A stretch of 64,000 bases of DNA from the human T2T-CHM13v2.0 reference genome, Homo sapiens: assembly GCF_009914755.1 (NCBI RefSeq), contig NC_060937.1; one strand, 5' to 3'. The stretch's first letter is position 1, and each line of letters begins with the position of its first letter. The notes below the pieces were generated by a model. The model made no database searches and was not told the origin of the DNA. It saw nothing but the letters and a program-made list of their open reading frames with translations. Below are positions 1 through 11,450 of the stretch, one piece after another. Position numbers and translations under genes: made by a program.

Positions 1-832
1 TATAGTTTCTTATTTGTAAGCTTTGAAGAAGATTGTAAGAAGAAATATTCAGTTTTAGATTTTGCTGTGGTTATGCTACCATGATAGTAGTCAAAACATT
101 TTTAAAACTTATTCTCATGTTTAGTTTGAAGAAAAGTATAGTCCTCAAAATGTATAGTTGCATCCCAATAAAGTATAATAGTTCCAATAAAGACAAGTGT
201 GTAAATTATATTTCTGTGTTTCTGACTCATAAATTAATCATAACTATGTATAAGTCATGTTATTAAAATCGTTTAATCATAGGTATTTAGTTTATTAAAG
301 ACATAGAACTAAAACTTGTGGCTAGTTAACAATGGAATGCAATGGAAAGTAGTTCATTGCCAAGCTATTTGTATATCAGGATAAGAAATGATTGACTGGT
401 TGCATTTTACTTTCATAGTATGACTGCTAAATATAGTATGACTGCTAGTTAATCCTTTAATCTTCAGAAAAATCACCACTGCAAGTAGAAAAATTATGTA
501 TATTGTATACCAGAAAGTGAGAAATCTAGGTATTTCATATATTATTTGAATATGACATTGTATAGTGGGGTAATATATACCATGTCCTAATTCATGAAGA
601 GTCCAATTAAAGCTTATTAGGAATAAACTGAATTAAATCAGTATGCTTTTTCTGTTTGTCCCTTCTTTATTGTACATGTGGGCTACATTCGAGGATATTT
701 TGGTGACTTTTAAAATTTATTATAAAGACATGTTATGTCCTAAAGGCAAATATGCTGACTCTAATCCATAGTTTCCAACTTTTATCTGTATCATTTTTTA
801 TGAATTAAGATTGTTTTCTTTTTCTCTTAAAG

Positions 833-925
833 AAATTGAATTCCCCTACATTGTCGGTGAATAGTGACGGATTTATACCTATGCTGGCCAAGTTAGATGA
901 TTGTATAACATATATCTCATCTCAT
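833..925 (+). CDS. COG3: COG3 coding exon (probable exon 6), 93 nt
   Basis: tctcttaaag|AAATTG ... TCTCAT|gtaagt; encodes KLNSPTLSVNSDGFIPMLAKLDDCITYISSH, recognised as COG3; phase 0-0. Confidence 0.96.
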
Positions 926-1681
926 GTAAGTCAGAGTATTTTTGCATGTTTTAAAGAAATCCTTAGATTCCTATTCCTGTTCCTATCTTTTTGTGTTTTT
1001 CAACTTTTCTGTGTTTAGCAGATGTTCCTATTATATCACTTCTTGTGCTGTAAAGTGATTATTTCTGTCCAAGGGAAAAATATGTATTTGTAACATATTA
1101 AAGAAAAGTTGTAGTGAATTCTTAGTCGTTATTAGCAGTGGTGTAAAAAGTACTTTTAGCTCCTGCAATAGCCCCTGGAATGGAACACATCCTGGCTGAC
1201 TCAGCTTTATCCCATCTAACAGGATGAGCCGTTTTTAAATTGTTGGTGTCTTGACATGCCCGGTATTTCTTTGGAAACAGAAAGTGTTACTTGGGGGGAA
1301 ATAAAGGGACAAGCCCTTTGATTTAATCACCCTCTATTTCTGTTTCTTCAGGATTTATTGCTGTGTTTATTTCCCCTAACTCCTATTCTTTTCCTAGTTG
1401 GGTCTTACATATTAGCCTTGAAGTCTGTGGGGTGCTGAAAATATCTTTTACTAACAACTGCAAATATGTATGGAGCTCCTACTTTGTGCCAGGCACAGGG
1501 GGTTTGACTGTGACTAAGACAGTCACAGTATTTATTCATCTTCATGGAGTTTATGATCTTTATGAAACCTGTTTTTGAACTTTATATATTGCTTTACATA
1601 GGGACACCTTGGTTTTCACTAAAAGCTTGCTTTTTATCTGTGTTCATTTCCACTTTGTAAATCTTTCTCTTTTCCTTACAG

Positions 1682-1807
1682 CCTAATTTTAAAGATTATC
1701 CCATATATTTGCTGAAGTTTAAACAGTGTCTTTCTAAAGCTTTGCACCTCATGAAGACATATACTGTGAACACACTACAGACCCTCACAAGTCAGTTACT
1801 GAAAAGG
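1682..1807 (+). CDS. COG3: COG3 coding exon (probable exon 7), 126 nt
   Basis: ccttacag|CCTAAT ... AAAAGG|gtgagt; PNFKDYPIYLLKFKQCLSKALHLMKTYTVNTLQTLTSQLLKR. Confidence 0.96.
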
Positions 1808-3027
1808 GTGAGTTAACTGATCTCAACAACAGGTTTTTGTTATTGTTGTTGTTTTGATTCATTCATCTTCCATAATCTTTGGCTGAGATTAGTACTTTGT
1901 AATTCCAAAAAATTTTAACCTTTTGTTAAGAATATGTACTACAGCTTTTTATTTATAGTAGGGAAAAATGACTATGTTATAAATATCCCTTGCAAATGTT
2001 ATTTTCAAATAATGTTTAATAGTGTGAGAAGTATTCAGTACTATATGATGAATAATCAGATACAAATTATTTGTCTCTTAAAACATTCCTTTTCTATCTT
2101 TTTCATGAAAATATTAGAAGGAAATATACCAAAATCATAAAAGTGGCTGTGTCTGAGTGGTGGGTTAATGTGCTTTTGAAGCATATTCATATTCATATGC
2201 AAAATTATGCATCTCATAATGCATAATTTAAATTTTCTTCTTTACCCTTTTTTTGTATTTTTCAACTTTTCTATATTTAGCAAACATTTTTATTGAGCAC
2301 TGCCTAATGCTTGATATTATATTAGGAATTGTATAGAAACAAAGAGGCGCTAATAAGGTCCCTGCCCTCATGGAGCTTATATTCAAAAGAAATAACCAGT
2401 ACAGAAAGAAGCAAATCAATTAGTTAATTATGGATTGTAGTTGATTCTAGGTGGAAAATTAACAGAGTGTAAGGTTAGAAAATAAGAGTAGAATAAGCTA
2501 AGATGGTCATTGAAAATATTCCTTTCCTAAGAAAATAAAATCATAAACGTTATGTTTTGGTTTTTAAGCTTGCTTTCTAAAGAACGTGGAGTGTCTTCTT
2601 GAACTTTCCATGCAAAGCTTGTGATGTTTGGCTTGCATTTTTACCGTTCACATTGTTCTTAGCTGACATACCAACTAACCTATATTTTTTTTTATTTTTT
2701 GCAAAATTTTCAGTAAGTTTAGGAAACTAATAGCTCATAAAGACTGGTACCTATTATGTGCTAGTGCTTTGCTATTGAGCTGCACCAAACCTTTAGGAGT
2801 TTAATGGATGCACTGAGTCTTAGAGGGATGAAGTACTTGGGCCAGTGTCCTACATTCAGTGAGTGGCAGAATGTGAATCTCAATTCAGATCTGTTTACCA
2901 CCAAAATTTAAATAATGTAAGGTTAATTTTAACTATAAAGGAGAGAGAGATGACAGTTCCATTTAATTATTTCTCATGTGTAGCCATAATAATATTTAAT
3001 CTTCCTGAGATTTTTCTCCCTAAGCTT

Positions 3028-5654
3028 GCTTATTTATTTATTTATTTATTTATTTATTTTTTTATTGATAATTCTTGGGTGTTTCTCACAGAGGGGGATT
3101 TGGCAGGGTCATGGGACAATAGTGGAGGGAAGGTCAGCAGATAAACAAGTGAACAAAGGTCTCTGGTTTTCCTAGGCAGAGGACCCTGCGGCCTTCCGCA
3201 GTGTTTGTGTCCCTGGTTACTTGAGATTAGGGATTGGTGATGACTCTTAACGAGCATGCTGCCTTCAAGCATCTGTTTAACAAAGCACATCTTGCACCGA
3301 CCTTAATCCATTTAACCCTGAGTGGACACAGCACATGTTTCAGAGAGCACAGGGTTGGGGGTAAGGTCACAGATCAACAGGATCCCAAGGCAGAGGAATT
3401 TTTCTTAGTGCAGAACAAAATGAAAAGTCTCCCATGTCTACTTCCTTCCACACAGACACGGCAACCATCCGATCTCTCAATCTTTTCCCCACCTTTCCCG
3501 CCTTTCTATTCCACAAAGCCGCCATTGTCATCCTGGCCCGTTCTCAATGAGCTACTGGGCACACCTCCCAGACGGGGCGGTGGCCGGGCAGAGGGGCTCC
3601 TCACTTCCCAGTAGGGGCGGCTGGGCAGAGGCGCTCCTCACCTCCCGGACGGGGCGGCTGGCCGGGCAGGGGGGCTGACCCCCCCCACCTCCCTCCCGGA
3701 TGGGGCGGCTGGCCGGGCGGGGGGCTGAACCCCCCACCTCCCTCCCGGACGGGGCGGCTGGCTGGGCAGAGGGGCTCCTCACTTCCCAGTAGGGGCGGCC
3801 GGGCAGAGGCGCCCCTCACCTCCCGGACGGGGCGGCTGGCCGGGCGGGGGGGCTGACCCCCCCCACCTCCCTCCCGGACGGGGCGGCTGGCTGGGCGGGG
3901 GGCTGACCCCCCCCACCTCCCTCCCAGACGGGGCGGCTGGCCGGGCAGAGGGGCTCCTCACTTCCCAGTAGGGGCGGCCGGGCAGAGGCGCCCCTCACCT
4001 CCCGGATGGGGTGGCTGGCCGGGCAGGGGGGCTGACACCCCCCCCACCTCCCTCCCGGACGGGGCGGCTGGCCGGGCGGGGGGCTGACCCCCCCACCTCC
4101 CTCCCGGACGGGGCGGCTGGCCGGGCGGGGGGCCGACCCCCCCACCTCCCTCCCGGATGGGGCGGCTGGCCGGGCGGGGGGCCGACCCCCCCACCTCCCT
4201 CCCGGACGGGGCGGCTGGCCGTGCAGAGGGGCTCACTTCCCAGTAGGGGCGGCCGGGCAGAGGCGCCCCTCACCTCCCAGACGGGGCGGCTGGCCGGGGG
4301 GAGGGCTGACCCCCCCACCTCCCTCCCGGACGGGGCGGCTGGCCAGGCGGGGGGCTGACCCCCCCACCTCCCTCCCGGACGGGGCGGCTGGCCGGGTGGG
4401 GGGGCTGACCCCCCCATCTCCCTCCCGGACGGGGTGGCTGGCCGGGCTGAGGGGCTCCTCACTTCCCAGTAGGGGCGGCCGGGCAGAGGCGCCCCTCACC
4501 TCCCGGACGGGGCGGCTGGCCGGGCGGGGGGGCTGACCCCCCCACCTCCCTCCCGGACGGCACGGCTGGCCAGGCGGGGGGCTGACCCCCCCACCTCCCT
4601 CCTGGACGGCACGGCTGGCCGGGCGGGGGGGCTGACCCCCCACCTCCCTCCCGGATGGGGCGGCTGGCCGGGCGGGGGGCTGACCCCCCCCCACCTCCCT
4701 CCCGGACGGGGTGGCTGCCGGGCGGAGACGCTCCTCACTTCCCAGATGGGGTGGCTGCTGGGCGGAGAGGCTCCTCACTTCTCAGACGGGGCAGCTGCCG
4801 GGCGGAGGGGCTCCTCACTTCTCAGACGGGGTGGTTGCCAGGCAGAGGGTCTCCTCACTTCTCAGACGGGGCGGCCGGGCAGAGACGCTCCTCACCTCCC
4901 AGACGGGATCTCGGCCGGGCAGAGGCGCTCCTCACATCCCAGATGGGGCGGCGGGGCAGAGGCGCTCCCCACATCTCAGACGATGGGCGGCCGGGCAGAG
5001 ACGCTCCTCACTTCCTAGATGTGATGGCGGCTGGGAAGAGGCGCTCCTCACTTCCTAGATGGGATGGCGGCCGGGCGGAGACGCTCCTCACTTTCCAGAC
5101 TGGGCAGCCAGGCAGAGGGGCTCCTCACATCCCAGATGATGGGCGGCCAGGCAGAGACACTCCTCACTTCCCAGACGGGGTGGCGGCCGGGCAGAGGCTG
5201 CAATCTCGGCACTTTGGGAGGCCAAGGCAGGCGGCTGGGAGGTGTAGGTTGTAGTGAGCCGAGATCACGCCACTGCACTCCAGCCTGGGCACCATTGAGC
5301 ACTGAGTGAACGAGACTCCGTCTGCAATCCCGGCACCTCGGGAGGCCGAGGTTGGCGGATCACTCGCGGTTAGGGGCTGGAGACCGGCCCGGCCAACACA
5401 GCGAAACCCTGTCTCCACCAAAACCAATCAGGCGTGGCGGTGCGTGCCTGCAATCGCAGGCATTCGGCAGACTGAGGCAGGAGAATCAGGCAGGGAGGTT
5501 GCAGTGAGCCGAGATGGCAGCAGTACAGTCCAGCTTAGGCTCGGCATGAGAGGGAGACCATCGGGAGACGGGAGACGGGAGACGGGAGACGGGAGACGGG
5601 AGACGGGAGACGGGAGACGGAGAGGGAGAGGGAGAGGGAGAGGGAGAGGGAGAC
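3028..5654 (-). mobile_element. Full-length SVA retrotransposon (SVA_F-like), antisense in COG3 intron 7
   Basis: On + strand: (TATT)n tail 3030-3064, SINE-R ~3065-3560, GC-rich VNTR ~3570-5195, Alu-like region ~5195-5560, (GGGAGAC)8 plus (GGAGAG)~6 head; TSD TCTCCCTAAGCTT at 3015-3027 and 5655-5667. Subfamily from recalled diagnostic bases only. Confidence 0.96.
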
Positions 5655-5778
5655 TCTCCCTAAGCTTTGATTGGTATGCAGGCCAAGCAGTAGCCATAGG
5701 AAATGGTTGCTGTTGGGTTTTCTGAATTATTTGTTTGCTAATTATCTTCCTTCCTTATCCTCCCCCATGTTTCTTTAG

Positions 5779-5859
5779 GATCCTTCATCTGTACCTAATG
5801 CAGACAATGCCTTCACATTATTTTATGTGAAATTTCGAGCTGCTGCCCCCAAAGTCAGA
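5779..5859 (+). CDS. COG3: COG3 coding exon (probable exon 8), 81 nt
   Basis: ttctttag|GATCCT ... GTCAGA|gtaagt; DPSSVPNADNAFTLFYVKFRAAAPKVR; phase 0-0. Confidence 0.96.
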
Positions 5860-6335
5860 GTAAGTCTATTGACATAACTAGGACATTGCTATGAAATTTG
5901 TTCATCTGCCCTTTTGAAGTACTGTTGTATGTTAGGCTCTTTGTTTATACCGAGGAAGTGAACTTGAATGAAAGGTTGACATTGTCCTTCCACATTATAG
6001 CAGTGTATCTTAGTGTTGTGTCTAGGTTCTTTAAGTCCACAGAGCAGGAAGCATCTAGCTTTTCCTGTGATGCTCAGGGATGGTTTCTAGATGAAGGTGA
6101 TAGACGGGTTTTAAAAGCTTGGCTGGTGGTCTTGAAGGGACCAATAAGGTGTTTTGATAAAGAGAGAACAGCACATATAGGGAAGTTTGTAGGAGACATA
6201 AAAGACATACATTTTGGGAGAGATCTTTATACTTCAAAGACTCTCTCACGAGGGATGTTACACGTCGTGCTAATTTAGGAAAAGTAGAGAACCAATGAAG
6301 TGGTGTCTTAAACAGAGGAGTTATTTGGTCAGATT

Positions 6336-7803
6336 TGCCAAACAGACATGTAAACCAATGGAACAGAATAGAGAGCTCAGAAATAAATGCATGCATTTTC
6401 AGCCAACTGATTTTTGATAAAAGCACCAAGAACATTTTGTGGGGAAAGGATGATTGCTGGGAAAACTAGATATTCATATGCAGAAAAATGAAACTAGACC
6501 TCTGTCTCTCACTGTATACAAAAATCAAAACAAAATGGATTTCAGACTGAAGATCTGAAACTATAAAACTACTAGAAGAAAACATAGGGGAAATGTTTTA
6601 GGACATTGGTCTAGGCCAAGATTTTATGGCTAAAACTTCAAAAGCATAGGCAACAAAAACAAAAATAGACAAATGGGACTATAATAATCTTAAAAGCTTC
6701 TGCCCAACAAAGGAAAACAATTACCAGAGTGAAGAGACAACCTGTAGAATGATAGAAAACATTTACAACTATTCATCTGACAAGGGACTAATATTCAGAA
6801 TATACAAGGAACTTAACAGAAGAAGGCCCCAAATAATCCCATTAAAAAGTAGGCAAAGAGACTGAGTAGACATTTCTCAAAAGGAGACTATACAGATGGC
6901 CAGCAGGTATATGAAAAAATGTTCAACATCACTAATCAGCAGGGAAATGTAAATCAAAACCACAGTGAGATGTCATCTCACCCCAGTTAGAATGGCTGTT
7001 ATCAAGAAGACATAAAACAAATGCTGGTGAGGATGCAGAGAAAAGGAAATTCTTATACACTGTTGATGGGAATGTAAATTAGTACAGCTGTTATGGAAAA
7101 CAGTATGGAGATTTCTCAAAAAACTAAAAATAGAGCTGTCATACTATCCAGCAATACCTCTACTGGGTATTTATCCAAAGGCAAGGAAATCAGTATATCA
7201 AAGGGATACCTGTGTTGATTGCAGCACTATTCGCAATAGTAAAGATATGGAATCAACCTAAGTGTCAATCAGTGGATGAATGGATAAAGAAAATGTGGTA
7301 TATATAAACAATAAGATACTATTCAGCTGTAACAAAAAATGAAATCCTGTCATTTGCAGCAACGTGAATGGAACTAGAGGTCATTAAGTTAGTAAAATAA
7401 GCCAGATACAGAAAGACAAATATTGTATGTTTTCACTCGTATGTGGGAACTAAAAAAGTTGGTCTTGTGGAGGTAGAGAGTAGAATGATAGATACCAGAG
7501 GCTGGGGTGGGTTGGGTGGAGGGGAGGTGGAGAGGTTGGTTAATGGGTATAAATGTACAGTTTAATAGTAGAAATAAGTTCTAGTGTTCAGTAGTGTAGT
7601 AGGATGACTGTAGTTAACAATTTATTGTATATTTCAAAATAGCTAAGAGGGAAGATTTGAAATTTTCCCAGCACAAAGAAATAATACATGTTTGAGGTGG
7701 TGGATACTCTAAACACTCTGATTTGATCATAACACATTGTATCCATGTATCAAAATATCACATGTACCCCATAAATATGTACAATTATGTATTAATAAAA
7801 AAG
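6336..7803 (+). mobile_element. 5'-truncated L1 (L1MA-type): ORF2 3' end plus 3' UTR
   Basis: L1 ORF2 C-terminal motifs (caatggaacagaatagagagctcagaaataaat; tctcaccccagttagaatggct), L1MA-like 3' UTR, ends with AATAAA and an A-run. Confidence 0.9.
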
Positions 7804-8189
7804 ATTAAGGATGCAATATAAAAAATGGATTATGGTGAAGAGAGATTTGAGACAGGGAGGCCTCATTACTAAGGAAGATTATGCAGTAATCCAGGTGAGA
7901 TTAGGGGGTGAATTAATGCATTGGTAGGATATTTCATGAGGTTGGGTATGTGCCTTATTCATTCTACGTAGCAGGAGTCCATGATGTATTTATTTGGATT
8001 AACTGATAGCATGGAGGGGGCAAAGATCAATATATGTTATATTTTATAACATATCTGAGATACATTTAATTGAAGCTGGTGCATATATATTCTTTCTACT
8101 CATTGTGAAGTTTCTAGAAATAATAATCTACTTTTGCTTACTGACTTCACTTCCTTGCTTGTTTCTGTCTTGAAAGTCAGCCAATTGAT

Positions 8190-8470
8190 GGCTGGGTGCA
8201 GTGGCTCACACCTGCAATCCTAGTACATTGGGAGGTCAAGGAGGGCGGATCCCTTGAGTTTAGGAGTTTGAGACCAGCCTGGGCAACATGGCGAAACCCT
8301 GTCTGTACCAAAATTACAAAAATTAGCTGGACACGGTGGTGTGCACCTGTGGTCCGGCTACTTGGGAGGCTGAGGTGGGAGGACTGCTTGAACCCAGGAA
8401 GTCAAGGATGCAGTGAGCCAAGATAGCACCACTGCACTCCAGCCTGGGTGACAAAGTGAGACTCTGTTTC

Positions 8471-8495
<25 letters not shown>
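8190..8495 (+). mobile_element. Alu (AluJ-like)
   Basis: Dimeric Alu with A25 tail; TSD CAGCCAATTGA at 8178-8188 and 8500-8510. Confidence 0.93.
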
Positions 8496-8502
<7 letters not shown>

Positions 8503-8544
8503 CCAATTGAAAGGAATTTTTTTTGACAAAGTGAGACCCAGCCT

Positions 8545-8576
<32 letters not shown>

Positions 8577-8819
8577 CCAACCAGTTTAAAGGAATTTTTT
8601 TTTTGAAATGGGAGAAACTTAGTTTTGTTTATAGAATATATATGTGGAATATGTATACAACCTAGATGTCTAACAGATGTCTAACTGGATGTCAGTTTAT
8701 GGCATGAAGATTTAGATTGTGCCTGATTGATTGCTTTTGCTTATTAGCCAAATACTAATGATAAAAATTTGATTAGAAAAGAAAAGGTATAGATAAGAGG
8801 GCTCAGTGTGGTGGGTAAT

Positions 8820-9580
8820 TATAAAATGATTATATAGTTATCAGTGGCTTTCCTACATACCATTAGTAACAAATTAATATATGTGATGGGGTCCCATTTA
8901 TATCAGTGACAAAAAGCATAAAATACTTACCTAGCAGTAACCTTAACAAACATAAGGATGAAGAAAATGACAAAACTAGACAGAAAATTATAAAAGACTG
9001 AGTAAATGGTAAGCCCATCTTCTTCCTGGTTGGGGTGATTTAATTTTTAAAATGTCACTTTCTCCCAGAGTAATTTGTTGGTTAGAATGTACTCCTAGCA
9101 AAAATTCCAATGGATTTTTTTTTTTTTGCATGATTCTAAACTTTATCTGGTAAATAGGCAAGACTAAAGAAGAAAATTTTGAAAAATACAGTGTCATTGA
9201 TTCAAGCATTCACTGACAGATTGGAATGGAAAGTTGTGGTACTTAATATATTAAGAAACATCCCAAATAGGAAGGACTGGAGTTTTCTACACGGTATTGG
9301 GAAGATTTGCTAAATATTTGAAAAAATAGTAAGCTTTTTACTCTATAACATTACCAAAATAATATATTCTAAGTGAATATATTCACTTAGTGGAAACTAT
9401 ATGCAAGTTAAGGCTGGGTGACTTTTGTCTGTCATAAATTGGCAGATTAAGGTCAGTGCTTCTGAGGATTTATGAGACAGGCAGTACTGCTGATAGGAAT
9501 GTAATTGGATTATTTTCTAAAAAACATTTTAGAAGAATAGACCAAAAACCCATAAAAATACATACCTCTTTTGACCTGGT
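8820..9580 (+). mobile_element. Ancient degraded L1 ORF2 fragment
   Basis: Residual ORF2 motifs (tcagtggctttcctacatacc; aaaattccaatggattttt; tgattctaaactttatctgg); boundaries approximate. Confidence 0.6.
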
Positions 9581-9599
9581 GTTTTGGGGTCCCCACCTG

Positions 9600-9720
9600 G
9601 GAGGTAGGTGTTATTACACCAGTTTTATACAGTAGGGAGTGGAATCTCAGAAGTGAACCAGCTTGCCTGGGCTCAAACAGCTACTAAGGAGCGGGTGCTG
9701 GAACCCTCTAGTTTCACTCA
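9600..9720 (-). mobile_element. MIR fragment
   Basis: Degenerate MIR core (gaggtaggtgttattacaccagttttatacag...gcttgcctgggctcaaacagcta). Confidence 0.55.
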
Positions 9721-10206
9721 AGGCTCTTCACAAATGGGCTCTGATTCTTCAGAAACAACCTAGATATCAGTAGAAATGGGATATTATGTAGCCTTTTAGC
9801 ATAATGCTTTAAATCATGCTTACAATGATTCATTGAGTGTTGACTAGGTACCAGGTACTATGCTAAGGCCTTCTATACATTTTTATCTAGTATTGAAAAG
9901 TATTTAATCATAGGAAAATGTTTATGAAATAATGTTAATTTTTAAAAAACAGATTATAAAGCAGAATATGTAGTATAATTACAGTTTTACTTAAAAAGAA
10001 AAATATAGGAACTGTGGATATAAAAAAACTGAAAGAAAATATACTGAAATGCTGTGGTGAATTTTTGGTATAAGTGATTTTTATGATTTTTAACTTTCTT
10101 ATATTTACAGTTTTTCTGAATATGTGATACAATTAATATTATAATCAGAAAGTAATGGATAATATAACAGAGATGGTTTTTTGATGCATTTTTTCTTACT
10201 TTGCAG

Positions 10207-10250
10207 ACTCTTATTGAACAAATAGAACTGCGGTCTGAAAAAATACCTGA
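10207..10250 (+). CDS. COG3: COG3 coding exon (probable exon 9), 44 nt
   Basis: tttgcag|ACTCTT ... CCTGA|gtgagt; TLIEQIELRSEKIP plus split codon E. Confidence 0.95.
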
Positions 10251-10703
10251 GTGAGTACCTAGAAGTTAATCTGATTTCCACATGAACCTTTGTCTTGTAG
10301 TACTGTTTTTCCAAATCTGGATCTCTGATATTTTATGAGCAATTGCCTTCCAGCTTGTTCTTGTAACATACCACTTATTTTGGGGAGCAAGGTCACAGAC
10401 TTAGCCAGTTTACATGACAGCAGTTTTTCCCATACTAGGATTTGCTTCTTATTTGGGCAGATGTGGGGTCACTATACTTGGAAAAGAAAGCTTTCTTTAA
10501 AAGATAAAGCTTATGGCATCACAGTTCATTATGGTTTGCTTTTGTTTTGTGTCTGTATTTCTAGTATTAAATAGTTAATGTGGGCAAATGAGAGGTGACC
10601 GTTATAGCTTTAAAAGAGGTTTGGCAACCTACACTGGGATTTAAGATGAAATTTAGTTTACATATCTGAAATGAAAAGTTTAATCTCATTTGCTTTCTGT
10701 CAG

Positions 10704-10830
10704 ATACCAACAACTGCTAAATGATATCCACCAGTGTTACCTTGATCAGCGGGAGCTCCTTTTGGGCCCTAGTATTGCTTGCACTGTTGCAGAGTTAACC
10801 AGCCAAAATAATAGAGATCACTGTGCCTTG
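10704..10830 (+). CDS. COG3: COG3 coding exon (probable exon 10), 127 nt
   Basis: ctgtcag|ATACCAA ... GCCTTG|gtaagt; YQQLLNDIHQCYLDQRELLLGPSIACTVAELTSQNNRDHCAL. Confidence 0.96.
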
Positions 10831-11450
10831 GTAAGTTTCTACTTGTTTTGGTTTAATGTTAAATCTTCCTCTTGAGTTATGTTGATATCCTAGAAACTAT
10901 ACCTGGTTAAATAAGATTTGGGGCCCATAGTTAACTGAAAAAGCATGTTTTTCATTATGACAAATCTAGTTTGGTAATTAGCCTTATTCACCTTTGCAAA
11001 ATATTCTCATTTTTTACTTATTTTTTGAGATAAGAAGATTCACAAATAAATATTGTTCTTGAAAAATGAGATTTCAAAGTTTGTAGATTTATATTAACAA
11101 TTTAGCTTTTGCTGCAGAAGTGCTTTTTTGTTTAGTGTAATTTTATTCATACTATAAATTTTTTTACTATAAAAAATGCATAAGCGCTCTTTTTTGAAAT
11201 GCTTTTGAACTAGAAAAGTAATTTGTGTTTATTATGAGAAGTTTAGAAACTAAAGCATTAAGAAACTAAAAGTCACCTATAATCTCATTATGCAGTCATC
11301 TATCGAAAACCAACCATTTCCCGTTCTTCAGTAAGTTGTTTTAAGAGTGTGTATGTGTTATCTCTGCACATAAAGTGTAGGCTTTATTTCATAAACATCA
11401 GAAATGTTGTGTGTCTTTAACTGTAGGTGGTGTGTGTTTGTTTACTGCAG

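Noticed and set aside
3054-3290. Minus-strand ORF (MLEGSMLVKSHHQSLISSNQGHKHCGRPQGP...) resembling the C-terminus of a leptin receptor splice isoform
   Set aside because: That LEPR tail is itself SVA SINE-R derived; here it is simply SVA sequence, not a LEPR-related gene.
3570-5200. Regularly spaced repeats or CpG island that might suggest a CRISPR array or a gene promoter
   Set aside because: No unique spacers; it lies within a TSD-flanked SVA in a eukaryotic intron.
3552-5725. Many overlapping Pro/Gly/Arg-rich ORFs of up to 199 aa
   Set aside because: Stop-poor GC-rich SVA VNTR, Alu-like and head repeats; open in several frames on both strands with no gene structure.
5898-6435. Two 126-aa ORFs on opposite strands
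   Set aside because: No recognisable protein; one overlaps the L1 5' boundary; no convincing splice context.
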